DNA of 64,000 nt from Bacillota bacterium. Lineage in GTDB: Bacteria > Bacillota > Clostridia > Christensenellales > CAG-138. The DNA is taken from contig JAEWQH010000096.1 of the NCBI GenBank assembly GCA_023399275.1, positions 2,190-66,189 on the forward strand. The letters are read 5' to 3'. Under the pieces are notes generated by a model. The model was not told the origin of the DNA, did no database searches, and saw only the letters and a list, made by a program, of their open reading frames with translations. The position numbers and the translations under genes were made by a program. Shown here piece after piece: positions 33,000 to 41,594 of the stretch (position 1 is its first letter; each line of letters begins with the position of its first letter).

Positions 33000-34193
33000 A
33001 TGGGTTTGATATCCGCAGCCACCGGCGCGATCAGCGGCGTGCTGGCCGATCAATGGAGAGAGTATTTCTACTGTGAGTCCATGGGAACCGACGTTCTCGT
33101 CACCAAGGGGTTAAAGCGCGTCAACGAAAAGCGCAGCTCCAATACAAAGGGCTCCGACAACATCATCACAAACGGCTCCATCGTCGCCGTCAACGACGGA
33201 CAGTTTATGATGATCGTCGAACAAGGTAAAGTCGTGGACTTCTCCGCTGAATCCGGCGAATACGTATACGATAAATCCACCGAGCCTTCGCTGTTCTACG
33301 GCGGATTCGGCAAGGGGATTTTGGAGTCGCTCAAGATCATCGGCCGCCGTTTCACATTCGGCGGAGACACGGGCAAGGATCAGCGCGTCTACTTCTTCAA
33401 CACAAAGGAGATTCTCGGCAATAAATACGGAACGGCGAACCCCGTCCCCTTCCGCGTTGTGGACAAAAACGTGGGGTTGGATATCGATATCGCCATCCGC
33501 TGCTATGGCGAGTACTCCTACAAGTTCGTCGACCCGATCCTGTTTTATAAAAACGTCTGCGGCAACGTGGAAAGCGAATACCGCAGGGACGAGATCGACA
33601 GCCAGCTCAAGAGCGAACTCATGACCGCGCTGCAGCCCGCCTTTGCGCGCATCAGTGAGATGGGGCTGCGCTACAGCGCACTGCCAGGGCACGCCAAGGA
33701 GATCGCCAACGCCCTTAACGCAGAGCTCTCGGCCGACTGGAAGGAACTGCGCGGCATCGAGATCGCCTCGTTTGGCGTAAGCTCTGTCACCGCCTCGGAA
33801 GAGGATGAAGAGCGCATCAAGCAGCTACAGCAGGCGGCGGCGCTCAAGGATCCGACCATGGCGGCCGCCGTGCTTGCCAGCGCGCAGGCGCAGGCCATGC
33901 AGGATGCATCCAAGAATGAAAACGGCGCGTTTATGGCCTTTGCCGGTATGAACGCAGCCGCCAACGCGGGCGGTACCAACGCCGCAACACTCTACGGCAT
34001 GGGCCAGCAGCAACCGCAGCAGCAGGCCGCGGGCTGGACCTGCCCCAAGTGCGGCCAAGCAGGCAACACGGGCAAGTTCTGCGGTAACTGCGGCGCTCCG
34101 CGGCCGGATGAGGGCTGGAGCTGCGCCAAGTGTGCGCAGACCGGCAACACCGGCAAGTTCTGCGGCAACTGCGGCGCGGCAAAACCGGAGTAG
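33000..34193 (+). CDS. SPFH-domain protein with C-terminal double zinc ribbon (YdjI / COG4260-like)
   Basis: The body resembles the YdjI-type family annotated as virion-core-protein-like SPFH. There is an A/Q-rich linker, then two CxxC...CxxC ribbons. Start at ATG 33000. Confidence 0.75.
   Translation: MGLISAATGAISGVLADQWREYFYCESMGTDVLVTKGLKRVNEKRSSNTKGSDNIITNGSIVAVNDGQFMMIVEQGKVVDFSAESGEYVYDKSTEPSLFYGGFGKGILESLKIIGRRFTFGGDTGKDQRVYFFNTKEILGNKYGTANPVPFRVVDKNVGLDIDIAIRCYGEYSYKFVDPILFYKNVCGNVESEYRRDEIDSQLKSELMTALQPAFARISEMGLRYSALPGHAKEIANALNAELSADWKELRGIEIASFGVSSVTASEEDEERIKQLQQAAALKDPTMAAAVLASAQAQAMQDASKNENGAFMAFAGMNAAANAGGTNAATLYGMGQQQPQQQAAGWTCPKCGQAGNTGKFCGNCGAPRPDEGWSCAKCAQTGNTGKFCGNCGAAKPE
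34032..34190 (+). repeat. In-frame tandem duplication (81 + 78 nt) encoding two zinc-ribbon modules
   Basis: GWTCPKCGQAGNTGKFCGNCGAPRPDE followed by GWSCAKCAQTGNTGKFCGNCGAAKPE. The DNA copies are roughly 80% identical by eye. Confidence 0.9.
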
Positions 34194-34208
34194 TCGCATA
34201 CGCAGATA

Positions 34209-34259
34209 CAAACAAACCGCCCGCGCGATGGAGACGCATCGCACGGGCGGTTTGTTTTA
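34209..34259. terminator. Terminator hairpin between convergent SPFH gene and glycosylation operon
   Basis: 11-bp stem CAAACCGCCCG...CGGGCGGTTTG (34213-34223/34244-34254) followed by TTTTA on plus, and by T-rich sequence on the reverse strand too. Confidence 0.65.
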
Positions 34260-34286
34260 TAAAAAGCGCCGGAATAGAGCGGATGC

Positions 34287-35246
34287 TCAGCGCTGCTTTG
34301 TCTCCTGCAGCAGCGAAAGGATGTTGAGCTGGATTTCCGATAGCTGCCGGTGTTTGTGCGCGACGGTATCCAGAATCAACCCGCATGAGAACAGCAGCAT
34401 TGCGAGCACCCCCAATATGCCGGAGCCGACCAACGTCGGAAGCCTCGGCACGAGACCCGTATGCAGATAATCGACAAACACGGGGATAAACAGCGCAACG
34501 GACGCAACAAACAGGATCAGCGCGCTCAAGCCGAAGAAGGACATCGGACGGTAGTCCTTGTAGAGTTTGAATATCTGCATAAGCACCTTGATTCCGTCGC
34601 TGACCGTGCTGAGTTTGGATACGCTCCCCTCTGGCCGGTCGCGGTACTGCACAGGCATGGACCGGATTTTCATATTCATATCGAGTGCAAAGATCGTCAT
34701 CTCCGTCTCGATCTCGAAGCCTTTGGAGATAACCGGAAACGATTTGACAAACTGCGCGCTGAACGCGCGATAACCGCTCATGATATCGCGAATATCACTT
34801 TTGAAGAGGGAGTTGACCAGCTTTCTCACCAGCACGTTGCCAAAGTTGTGAAACCTGCGCTTGTTCTGCGAGAAGTAGGTTGAGGAGAGACGGTCGGCAA
34901 CGACCATGTCCGCCTTTCCTTCGAGCACGAGCTGCGCCATCTTCGGCGCGTCCTGCGCGGGATAGGTGTCGTCTCCGTCCGTCATGATATAGCAGTCCGC
35001 CTGAATCTCGCGAAACATGGCGCGAATCACATTCCCCTTCCCCTGCCGGCATTCATACCGAACGATGGCTCCGGCCGCCCGCGCGGCCGCGTCCGTGCCG
35101 TCCGACGAGTTGTTGTCGTATACGTAGATCTGCGCATCCGGCAGCTGCGCGCGCATGTCGCAAACCACCTGCGCAATCGTCACGGCCTCGTTATAGCAGG
35201 GGATCAGTACCGCGATCTTCTTCTTTTCCACGTTATCCGCGCTCAT
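34287..35246 (-). CDS. GT2 polyprenyl-phosphate glycosyltransferase (GtrB/CsbB/DPM1-like, with C-terminal TM hairpin)
   Basis: KIAVLIPCYNEA, YVYDNNSSDGT, MTDGDDTYP (DxD), plus two C-terminal TM helices. This is the GtrB-type architecture. Confidence 0.85.
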   Translation of the reverse strand: MSADNVEKKKIAVLIPCYNEAVTIAQVVCDMRAQLPDAQIYVYDNNSSDGTDAAARAAGAIVRYECRQGKGNVIRAMFREIQADCYIMTDGDDTYPAQDAPKMAQLVLEGKADMVVADRLSSTYFSQNKRRFHNFGNVLVRKLVNSLFKSDIRDIMSGYRAFSAQFVKSFPVISKGFEIETEMTIFALDMNMKIRSMPVQYRDRPEGSVSKLSTVSDGIKVLMQIFKLYKDYRPMSFFGLSALILFVASVALFIPVFVDYLHTGLVPRLPTLVGSGILGVLAMLLFSCGLILDTVAHKHRQLSEIQLNILSLLQETKQR

Positions 35247-35259
35247 TTCCAGCCTCCCG

Positions 35260-35670
35260 TTACTTGACCAGCGCTCTGCGCTTGGTGATATAATTCCAGA
35301 TCATCACAAGCAGCGTTGCGATGATTTTGGCGATCATGTAGTGGATGAAAAACACATCCACAAACAGCCACATAAAGAGCTCATTCAGCCCGAGGCCGAT
35401 GACGCTTGTCGTGATAAAGACCGCGGTCGACTTGGCGCCTGGCCGGTCGATTCCCTTGAACACCCAGGAAACGCAGATCAGATAGTTGACCACGACCGAA
35501 ACCGCAAAGCTCACCCCCGCCGCAAGCAGATAGTGCACCCCCAACGCCGCTTTGAGCAACACCATAACGCCATAGTCGATGATAAAGCCGATGCAGCCGG
35601 CAACCGCAAAGCGGAAGAGCTCCGCCAGTCGTGTATTTGAATCGATTTTTCGCATAATTTCGCGGATCAT
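35260..35670 (-). CDS. GtrA family membrane protein (putative lipid-linked sugar flippase)
   Basis: 136 aa with four TM segments. N-terminal FRFAVAGCIGFIIDYG is typical of the GtrA family. Confidence 0.85.
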   Translation of the reverse strand: MIREIMRKIDSNTRLAELFRFAVAGCIGFIIDYGVMVLLKAALGVHYLLAAGVSFAVSVVVNYLICVSWVFKGIDRPGAKSTAVFITTSVIGLGLNELFMWLFVDVFFIHYMIAKIIATLLVMIWNYITKRRALVK

Positions 35671-35673
35671 ATC

Positions 35674-37809
35674 TCACTCCTCTTCAGAAAGCGCATAGAT
35701 AAAATACCTCCCGGCCTGTGCGATCGGGGTAAGCGAAACGCCGGGCGTTTCCCGATCGCTATAATCCACCTCGGAGAGCACATATCGTACGTTCAGGGTA
35801 CGAAGCGCTCCAAAGTTCAGAACCAGCTGAAAATAATCCGCGTTGCGCAGGGTAAACGTCGTCTCCCCCTCCGTCAGGCTCACGGATATGTGCGCATACC
35901 GGTTGTAGACCGCTTCATACTGCCCGGTCGGATCGAGCAAGCGCCAGCGCTGCAGGTGCGGATACACATTGGTAGAGTTGATGGTCGGAGCCCCCGCCAT
36001 GATGGGGACATTGACCAACGGCGCTCCTCCTTCGACAATCCACAGCCCGCTTTCCTCCTGCACAACTGTTTGGATCGACTGCACCAGCTCGCTTTGATAG
36101 ATCACGTCCACCCCGCGCTGCACCGGGTTCACCAGCCCGCCGCTAAACAGCGAAATCACCACGCAGTAGGCCGTAAGCAGCTTCTTCCAGCCGCCGCTTC
36201 GCGCGGAAAACGCGAGCCAGAGGCCGACGAACAGAACCGCGGTAATGGCCGCGCTCATCGTCAGGCTAAGATACTCGCCCGTTGCGCGTCGGCTCGCAAA
36301 ACTCACTCCGGCGGCCAGCACCGCGGCTGCGGCAACTGCAATGCCCGCGTGCAGCTTGCGCTGCGAGACCGAAACGGCACGCAGCAACAGCAGGATGTTT
36401 CCAAGTCCGACTGCGAGCAGCGTACGCCCGGATGTGGTCCGACTGAGCAGCGTGAGCTTTGCCAGCGCCTCTGGGAGGCCCCATGCGCAGTAGACCATCA
36501 GCAGCGCCTGAACAAGCAGCAGCGGGATCAACATACGGTCCCGCTTTTTTTCAACGAAAACGACATAGAGCGCCAGCAGGATGCCGGCGGGAGCCAAATC
36601 GAAAAACAGGGACGTCTCGCAGGGGTTGGTGGCCAGTCCGCTGGACTTGATCGGTAAAAACAGAGACGCGCCGTAACGAAACAGCTGCGCCAAGCCGCCC
36701 CCGCCTGTCGAGACGCGGTTTCCCGGATAAACGGTGCTGACCACGGTTTGAATCGTATCAGCAGATTGGATGATAACGGGCAGCAGCCCCGCAATCACAA
36801 ACGCAAGTCCGCCTGCGATGATCGGCAGATCCCTCTTCCAAGTGAGCGAGCCGCTGCGTCGGTTCTCCAAAATAACGCCGAGAAACAGCGCTGCAAAGAC
36901 ATACAGCAGCGGAATCTGCCATGCAGGATAGATCGTAAGCAGATAGATCCCGCCGCACCAGAAAAATAGCAGCGCCGCAAGCGCCCGCTTCCAGGTTTTC
37001 TGCGCATGCAGGTAATGATGGGTGCACAGCAGCGCACCCTGCCCGAAGATGAGCATCTCGGCGATGCCGTTGATGGCGAACCACCACTGTACGATGGGCG
37101 CGAGCGCGATCAGCGCGCCCGCAGTCAGGCTGAGCCAGCGGTCTTTTTTTGTGAAGACCATTGCGAATTCAAACGAGACCAAAAACAACGCCAGCAACCT
37201 GGCAACCCAGAAGAACGAAAGCCCCTTAGCCGGCCCCATCAACAAAAACCCCCACAAGAAGGGCCGGAACAGCGTGGCGATATTCCAGGATGGCAGTGCG
37301 TAAATGATGCCGGTATCCGTCAGCGCGCCACGGATGGTTTCGCTGAAATACGGATAGGCACCGGACGCATTGTATTGCTGCGAAAAGATCATCGGCGTGA
37401 ACGTCGCGTATTCATCGGCTCGGATGCTTCTTGGGATGCCAAAGAGGACGCCGGGCTCCTCCGAGTCGATTGTTTTTGCCAGCTGGGCGATCGACGAGCC
37501 GCTGATCTCAAACAGCACGCAGACGACTAGAACTGCCAGCGCCAGTAGATAGCGATAGCGAAACGCAAAGCGCAGAACAGGCGCATGAAATCTCCAAATC
37601 AGCTCCGAAGCACCGCAAAATGCGGCCCACAACAACGCAAAGCGTATGAAATGGATCGCCTGTGGATCTTTTGCGGCAAAGCCGGATAAAACGCCCGTCC
37701 AATACAGCGACGCCGACTCCGCAAAAGCCTCCGCATATCCTGCAGCGCAGAGAGATACAACGGCGATCACCGTATACCGCAGCGCCTTTGCTTTCCGAAT
37801 ATCCGTCAT
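35674..37809 (-). CDS. Polytopic membrane protein, putative GT-C-type glycosyltransferase (family not recognised)
   Basis: 711 aa. More than 12 hydrophobic segments over the first ~520 aa, an acidic loop motif (PRSIRADEYATF) after the early TMs, and a ~190-aa C-terminal soluble domain. The operon context with GtrA/GtrB-like genes supports the role. The assignment is by architecture only. Confidence 0.5.
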   Translation of the reverse strand: MTDIRKAKALRYTVIAVVSLCAAGYAEAFAESASLYWTGVLSGFAAKDPQAIHFIRFALLWAAFCGASELIWRFHAPVLRFAFRYRYLLALAVLVVCVLFEISGSSIAQLAKTIDSEEPGVLFGIPRSIRADEYATFTPMIFSQQYNASGAYPYFSETIRGALTDTGIIYALPSWNIATLFRPFLWGFLLMGPAKGLSFFWVARLLALFLVSFEFAMVFTKKDRWLSLTAGALIALAPIVQWWFAINGIAEMLIFGQGALLCTHHYLHAQKTWKRALAALLFFWCGGIYLLTIYPAWQIPLLYVFAALFLGVILENRRSGSLTWKRDLPIIAGGLAFVIAGLLPVIIQSADTIQTVVSTVYPGNRVSTGGGGLAQLFRYGASLFLPIKSSGLATNPCETSLFFDLAPAGILLALYVVFVEKKRDRMLIPLLLVQALLMVYCAWGLPEALAKLTLLSRTTSGRTLLAVGLGNILLLLRAVSVSQRKLHAGIAVAAAAVLAAGVSFASRRATGEYLSLTMSAAITAVLFVGLWLAFSARSGGWKKLLTAYCVVISLFSGGLVNPVQRGVDVIYQSELVQSIQTVVQEESGLWIVEGGAPLVNVPIMAGAPTINSTNVYPHLQRWRLLDPTGQYEAVYNRYAHISVSLTEGETTFTLRNADYFQLVLNFGALRTLNVRYVLSEVDYSDRETPGVSLTPIAQAGRYFIYALSEEE

Positions 37810-37889
37810 GTTAACCGTTCCTTATCGTTTGATCGCTGATGCAATCCGCCACGCCGCTAACAATGCGCCGGTTGCGGCAAAGCGGCGGA

Positions 37890-39716
37890 TCATCTCTGCA
37901 GAAAATGGGCAATTGTGTGCGCTCCCTTGGGGTTGTAGTATGGATCTCCCGCCTGTGTCTGCGCCGCCCAGCGCTGCCGCAAGCGATTTGACTCGTCTGC
38001 AAGGCGGCTTCGCTTTTCGTCGGTATCCTCGTAGCCGCGCGACTTTGACTCGCAGTGATACAGCTCGGCATACGGTGTAAGCACGATGCGGTATCCCGAC
38101 GAACGGATGCGCAGGCATAGATCCACGTCGTTGAGCGCAACCGCAAACTGCTCGTCAAGTCCGCCGACCTCGTTGAACACCCGGCGCGGCAGCATCAGGC
38201 AGGCTCCGGTCACCACGCTGAGATTCTGCGCGACGCTCAGCCGATCCATATAGCCGCTTTCGCTCTGCCGAAATCCGCTGTATGCATGCCCCGCGGCGGA
38301 GCATCCGTCCATGATAACGCCTGCATGCTGCACCGTATCGTTTGGGTAATACAGCTTTGCTCCGACCGCGCCGACATCCTTTCTCTGGGCAAACATCAGC
38401 ATCTCCTGCAGCCAGTCCGGGGAGATGACCTGGGTGTCGTTGTTGAGCAGCAGGATGTATTCCCCGCGCGCAAACCGAAAGCCGAAGTTGTTGATGGCAG
38501 AATAGTTGAAAGGGCCGTCCCAGCGCGCAAGGCGCACGTTGGCATGATTCGCGCAAAGACTGGCGTAGCAATCGAACGTCTCCTGCTGCGTGCTGTTGTT
38601 TTCGATGATGATGATCTCGTAGTTGCGATACGTCGTTGCCGCCAGAACCGAGTCGATGCATTGAATCAGGTCGGGCGTGTGATCCTTGTTTGGGATCAGT
38701 ATGCTCACAAGCGGCTCTCCGCCGATCGCGTATCGAATCCGGTAGGTAAACGGTGCGGCGGAATCCTCCGCGGTACCGTCGAGACCGACGCGCTGAAGAT
38801 GTTGATTCAGCACCGCCTTTGCCGCATCGCAGGCGCGGTTCTCCATATCCGCGCAGGGTGGGCTGCCATCCTCCCGGTGTAGATACAGCACGCTCGGCAC
38901 GTGCGCAATCGTTTGTGCAGCTTCACTCAGCCGCAGCGTCAAATCATATGTGCAGCTCCTGTCAAACTCTCCGCAAACGCCGCCAGCACGCGCCAAAAGC
39001 GCGCGGGAGAAGACCAAGAAATGACCGATATAATTCATAGAGCGCAGCAAGTCCGGTGAAAAGTCCGGCTTGTAACTGGGAATGCCTGCTTTTCTCGGGC
39101 TGCGGCGGAAGGCAACCTCGTCGGTATAGATCAGATCCGCCTGGTTTTCGGAAATGGCGCGCATCACTTCAAAGAGCGCAGCAGGATGCAGTCGATCCCC
39201 TTGCTCAAGCAAGCCGATGTATGCGCCGGAGGAGTTCGCGATGCATTGGCACAACGCTTCAGATGCATCCAACCTCTGCTCCGGCATAAAATAGACGATC
39301 CGTCGATCCAGCAGTGCCGACAGGCGGCAAACTTGGCTCGCAAGGCCATGCGGCCTGCCGCTCCCATCCGCCAGACAGAGTTCCCAGTTTTGAAACGTCT
39401 GCCTGCGAACGGAATGGATCATCCCGCTCAACGCGCGCGCCGATGCGGTTCCGACCGGTGCAACCACGCTGATCCGAACGCCGTTCATCGATGATGATTG
39501 CCGGATCTGACTGCGTCTTTCCTTCAGAGAAAGGCTGCAAAAGCAGGATCCGCGCAGAGGGTTTCGCCTGCATAGAGCCCTGTATACCTTTTGAGAGGTT
39601 TGGAGAAAGCCGTCCGTTTTCAGGCAGCGGAAGGCAGCCAGACTCTTGCTCGGAAGCTTGCGTAGAAAACAGCCCACAATTCGTGTTTCCTCCCAAAGGC
39701 GCCGGTCGAGCGCCAT
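37890..39716 (-). CDS. Glycosyltransferase with two GT2 domains
   Basis: First GT2: ISVVAPV...RRQTFQNWELCLADG...DEVAF. Second GT2: VSILIPNKDH...YEIIIIENNS...LLLNNDT...CLMLPRRVFNEVGGLDE. Start uncertain (39716 or ATG 39488). Confidence 0.8.
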   Translation of the reverse strand: MALDRRLWEETRIVGCFLRKLPSKSLAAFRCLKTDGFLQTSQKVYRALCRRNPLRGSCFCSLSLKERRSQIRQSSSMNGVRISVVAPVGTASARALSGMIHSVRRQTFQNWELCLADGSGRPHGLASQVCRLSALLDRRIVYFMPEQRLDASEALCQCIANSSGAYIGLLEQGDRLHPAALFEVMRAISENQADLIYTDEVAFRRSPRKAGIPSYKPDFSPDLLRSMNYIGHFLVFSRALLARAGGVCGEFDRSCTYDLTLRLSEAAQTIAHVPSVLYLHREDGSPPCADMENRACDAAKAVLNQHLQRVGLDGTAEDSAAPFTYRIRYAIGGEPLVSILIPNKDHTPDLIQCIDSVLAATTYRNYEIIIIENNSTQQETFDCYASLCANHANVRLARWDGPFNYSAINNFGFRFARGEYILLLNNDTQVISPDWLQEMLMFAQRKDVGAVGAKLYYPNDTVQHAGVIMDGCSAAGHAYSGFRQSESGYMDRLSVAQNLSVVTGACLMLPRRVFNEVGGLDEQFAVALNDVDLCLRIRSSGYRIVLTPYAELYHCESKSRGYEDTDEKRSRLADESNRLRQRWAAQTQAGDPYYNPKGAHTIAHFLQR

Positions 39717-39998
39717 GTGCTGCTACGTTTGAATTGCGGCGATACAAATCGCGCTCTAGGCTATTATATAAAACCCGCCTGCGGGAATCAACAGTTGTTG
39801 CATGTTTGTCAGTTTTGCGCAAACGAAACATAACGCCAGAAAATCACGCGTGATCGTTTTATGCGGCGGAAGCGTCAAAACTATCCGGGTTTGACCCGGA
39901 TAGTTCGCACTGTGCGACTGCATATTTTTGGCGGCGCACCCGGGCGCTGAAACCGCCAACCCAGCGGAGTTTGTTCGAACCCGGTCGAAATAACGGCG

Positions 39999-40035
39999 CA
40001 AAAAAAGACCGTCTGTTGCGGGATGGTCTTTTTTG
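39999..40035 (-). terminator. Terminator hairpin after tRNA-Trp (bidirectional shape)
   Basis: AGACCGTC...GATGGTCT stem flanked by an A-run (40000-40006) and a T-run (40029-40034). Confidence 0.7.
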
Positions 40036-40038
40036 CTT

Positions 40039-40112
40039 TGGCAGGGGCACTAGGGCTCGAACCCAGAAGAACGGTTTTGGAGACCGCTATGTTACCATTA
40101 CATCATGCCCCT
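40039..40112 (-). tRNA. trnW: tRNA-Trp (anticodon CCA)
   Basis: Reverse strand AGGGGCATGATGTAATGGTAACATAGCGGTCTCCAAAACCGTTCTTCTGGGTTCGAGCCCTAGTGCCCCTGCCA folds as a 74-nt cloverleaf. It has a 7-bp acceptor, D stem ATGT/ACAT, anticodon loop CTCCAAA and T loop TTCGAGC, with CCA encoded. Confidence 0.93.
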
Positions 40113-40130
40113 AATTTGGTCAGCAAGCGT

Positions 40131-40160
40131 ATTATAGCAAAACGCGCTCGCGCTTGTCAA
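40131..40160 (-). promoter_or_regulatory. Sigma-A-type promoter for tRNA-Trp, TTGACA-18-TATAAT
   Basis: Reverse strand: TTGACA (40160-40155), 18-nt spacer, TATAAT (40136-40131), about 19 nt before the tRNA 5' end. Confidence 0.7.
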
Positions 40161-40273
40161 ACAAAATGAGCGATGTGCGCGCGCTGATTTTTGCGCTGAA
40201 CCTGTGCAGCTCGTCCGCCCCGAATCCTGTCGTTATTTGAGGCTTTCCTGCCCTTCGTTCAATCCGCTGTAAC

Positions 40274-40306
40274 GCAAAAACAGCCTCCGCATCGTCTGCC
40301 GGAGGC
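40274..40306 (-). terminator. Rho-independent terminator after dnaJ
   Basis: Reverse strand: GCCTCCGGC-agacgat-GCGGAGGC followed by TGTTTTT. Confidence 0.7.
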
Positions 40307-40323
40307 CATTTTTGCCGGTTGTG

Positions 40324-41463
40324 TTATTTTCTAGCGCCGCTTGCGCGGCCAAAGCCGCGCTTGGGTGTGCGGTTTTCGTTGCTTTCGCCGAGCGTCTCGG
40401 CAAACTGCTCCAGCAGCCGCTTTTGCTCCTCGGTCAGATGCTTTGGCACCTCCACCTTGACGGTAACCAGCAGGTCCCCTTTGCCGCTTGCGTTGAGACG
40501 CTGGATTCCCTGCTCACGCAGCCGGTAGGTCGCGCCCGTCTGTGTTCCGGCAGGGATCTGATACTTCACGCTCTCTTTGAGCGTAGGCACCGTCAGGCTG
40601 CCGCCAAGCGCCGCCATCGTATAAGAGATCGGCATCTCCAGATAGAGGTCGTATCCCTTTCGCGTAAAGTGCCTGTGCGGACGCACACTGATGGTCACGT
40701 AAAGATCCCCGTTTGGCCCGCCGCGATGCCCTGCGCTGCCCATGCCGCGCAGACAGAGGCTCTGTCCGTTGTCGATGCCGGCCGGAATCTTGACCGTCTT
40801 TCTCAGATTTTTGCGAATGCGCCCCGCCCCGCGACAATCCGGGCACGGATCGGATATTATCTTGCCGGTGCCCTTGCAGGCCGTGCACGGCCGCGTGGAT
40901 GTAAACGAACCGAGGATCGTGCTCTGCTGTGTGCGCACCTGCCCCGTACCATTGCAGGTTTTGCAGGTGGTCGGCTCGGTGCCGGGCTTCGCGCCGCTGC
41001 CGTGGCAGGTCTCGCAGACCTCTTCGCGCGGGATGATGATCTCCTTCTCCGCTCCAAACGCCGCTTCGTCAAACGAAATCGTCAGATTGTAGCGCAGATC
41101 GTCGCCCGGAATGGGGCTGTTTCGCATTTGTCCGCCGCCAAATCCGCCGCCGAACATCTGGCCGAGGATGTCGCCAAGATCACCAAATCCGCCAAAGCCG
41201 CCGCCGGCAAACGGGTCCTGTCCGCCCATGCTCGGATCAAACGCGGCATGCCCGAATTGATCATACTTCGCGCGCTTTTCCGAATCGGTAAGCACCTCCG
41301 CCGCCTCGTTGATCTCCTTAAACTGCGCCTCCTTGGCCTTGTCGCCCGGATGCAAATCGGGGTGGCACTCCTTCGCTTTTTTGCGGAACGCGTTTTTGAT
41401 CTCGCTCTCCGTCGCGGTTTTACTCACACCCAATATTTCGTAATAATCGCGTTTGTCTGCCAA
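40324..41463 (-). CDS. dnaJ: Molecular chaperone DnaJ
   Basis: J domain (DYYEILGV...HPD), G/F region, four CxxCxGxG zinc motifs. Confidence 0.97.
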   Translation of the reverse strand: MADKRDYYEILGVSKTATESEIKNAFRKKAKECHPDLHPGDKAKEAQFKEINEAAEVLTDSEKRAKYDQFGHAAFDPSMGGQDPFAGGGFGGFGDLGDILGQMFGGGFGGGQMRNSPIPGDDLRYNLTISFDEAAFGAEKEIIIPREEVCETCHGSGAKPGTEPTTCKTCNGTGQVRTQQSTILGSFTSTRPCTACKGTGKIISDPCPDCRGAGRIRKNLRKTVKIPAGIDNGQSLCLRGMGSAGHRGGPNGDLYVTISVRPHRHFTRKGYDLYLEMPISYTMAALGGSLTVPTLKESVKYQIPAGTQTGATYRLREQGIQRLNASGKGDLLVTVKVEVPKHLTEEQKRLLEQFAETLGESNENRTPKRGFGRASGARK

Positions 41464-41531
41464 CGCCCGTCACCTCTCAATCGAAAGCGCAGTACGCTTT
41501 CGCGCTTTCCCATCTATGTTTCCTCCGACAA

Positions 41532-41558
41532 GGAGGCGCAAGTGTAGGTTGCGCCTCC
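41532..41558 (-). other. Intercistronic GC hairpin between dnaK and dnaJ
   Basis: 9-bp stem GGAGGCGCA...TGCGCCTCC. No strong U-run on the coding strand, so it is more likely a processing, stability or partial-termination element. Confidence 0.4.
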
Positions 41559-41594
41559 CGGTCGTGATTTTTGGATCCGCCAGCTTGGCGAAGC

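Noticed and set aside
39931-39995. tRNA-like fragment near tRNA-Trp (GGCGCTGAAACCGCC anticodon-arm-like hairpin and a GTTCGAACCC T-loop-like string).
   Set aside because: No acceptor stem, no pairing T stem and no D arm can be drawn. It is likely chance or, at most, a decayed remnant.
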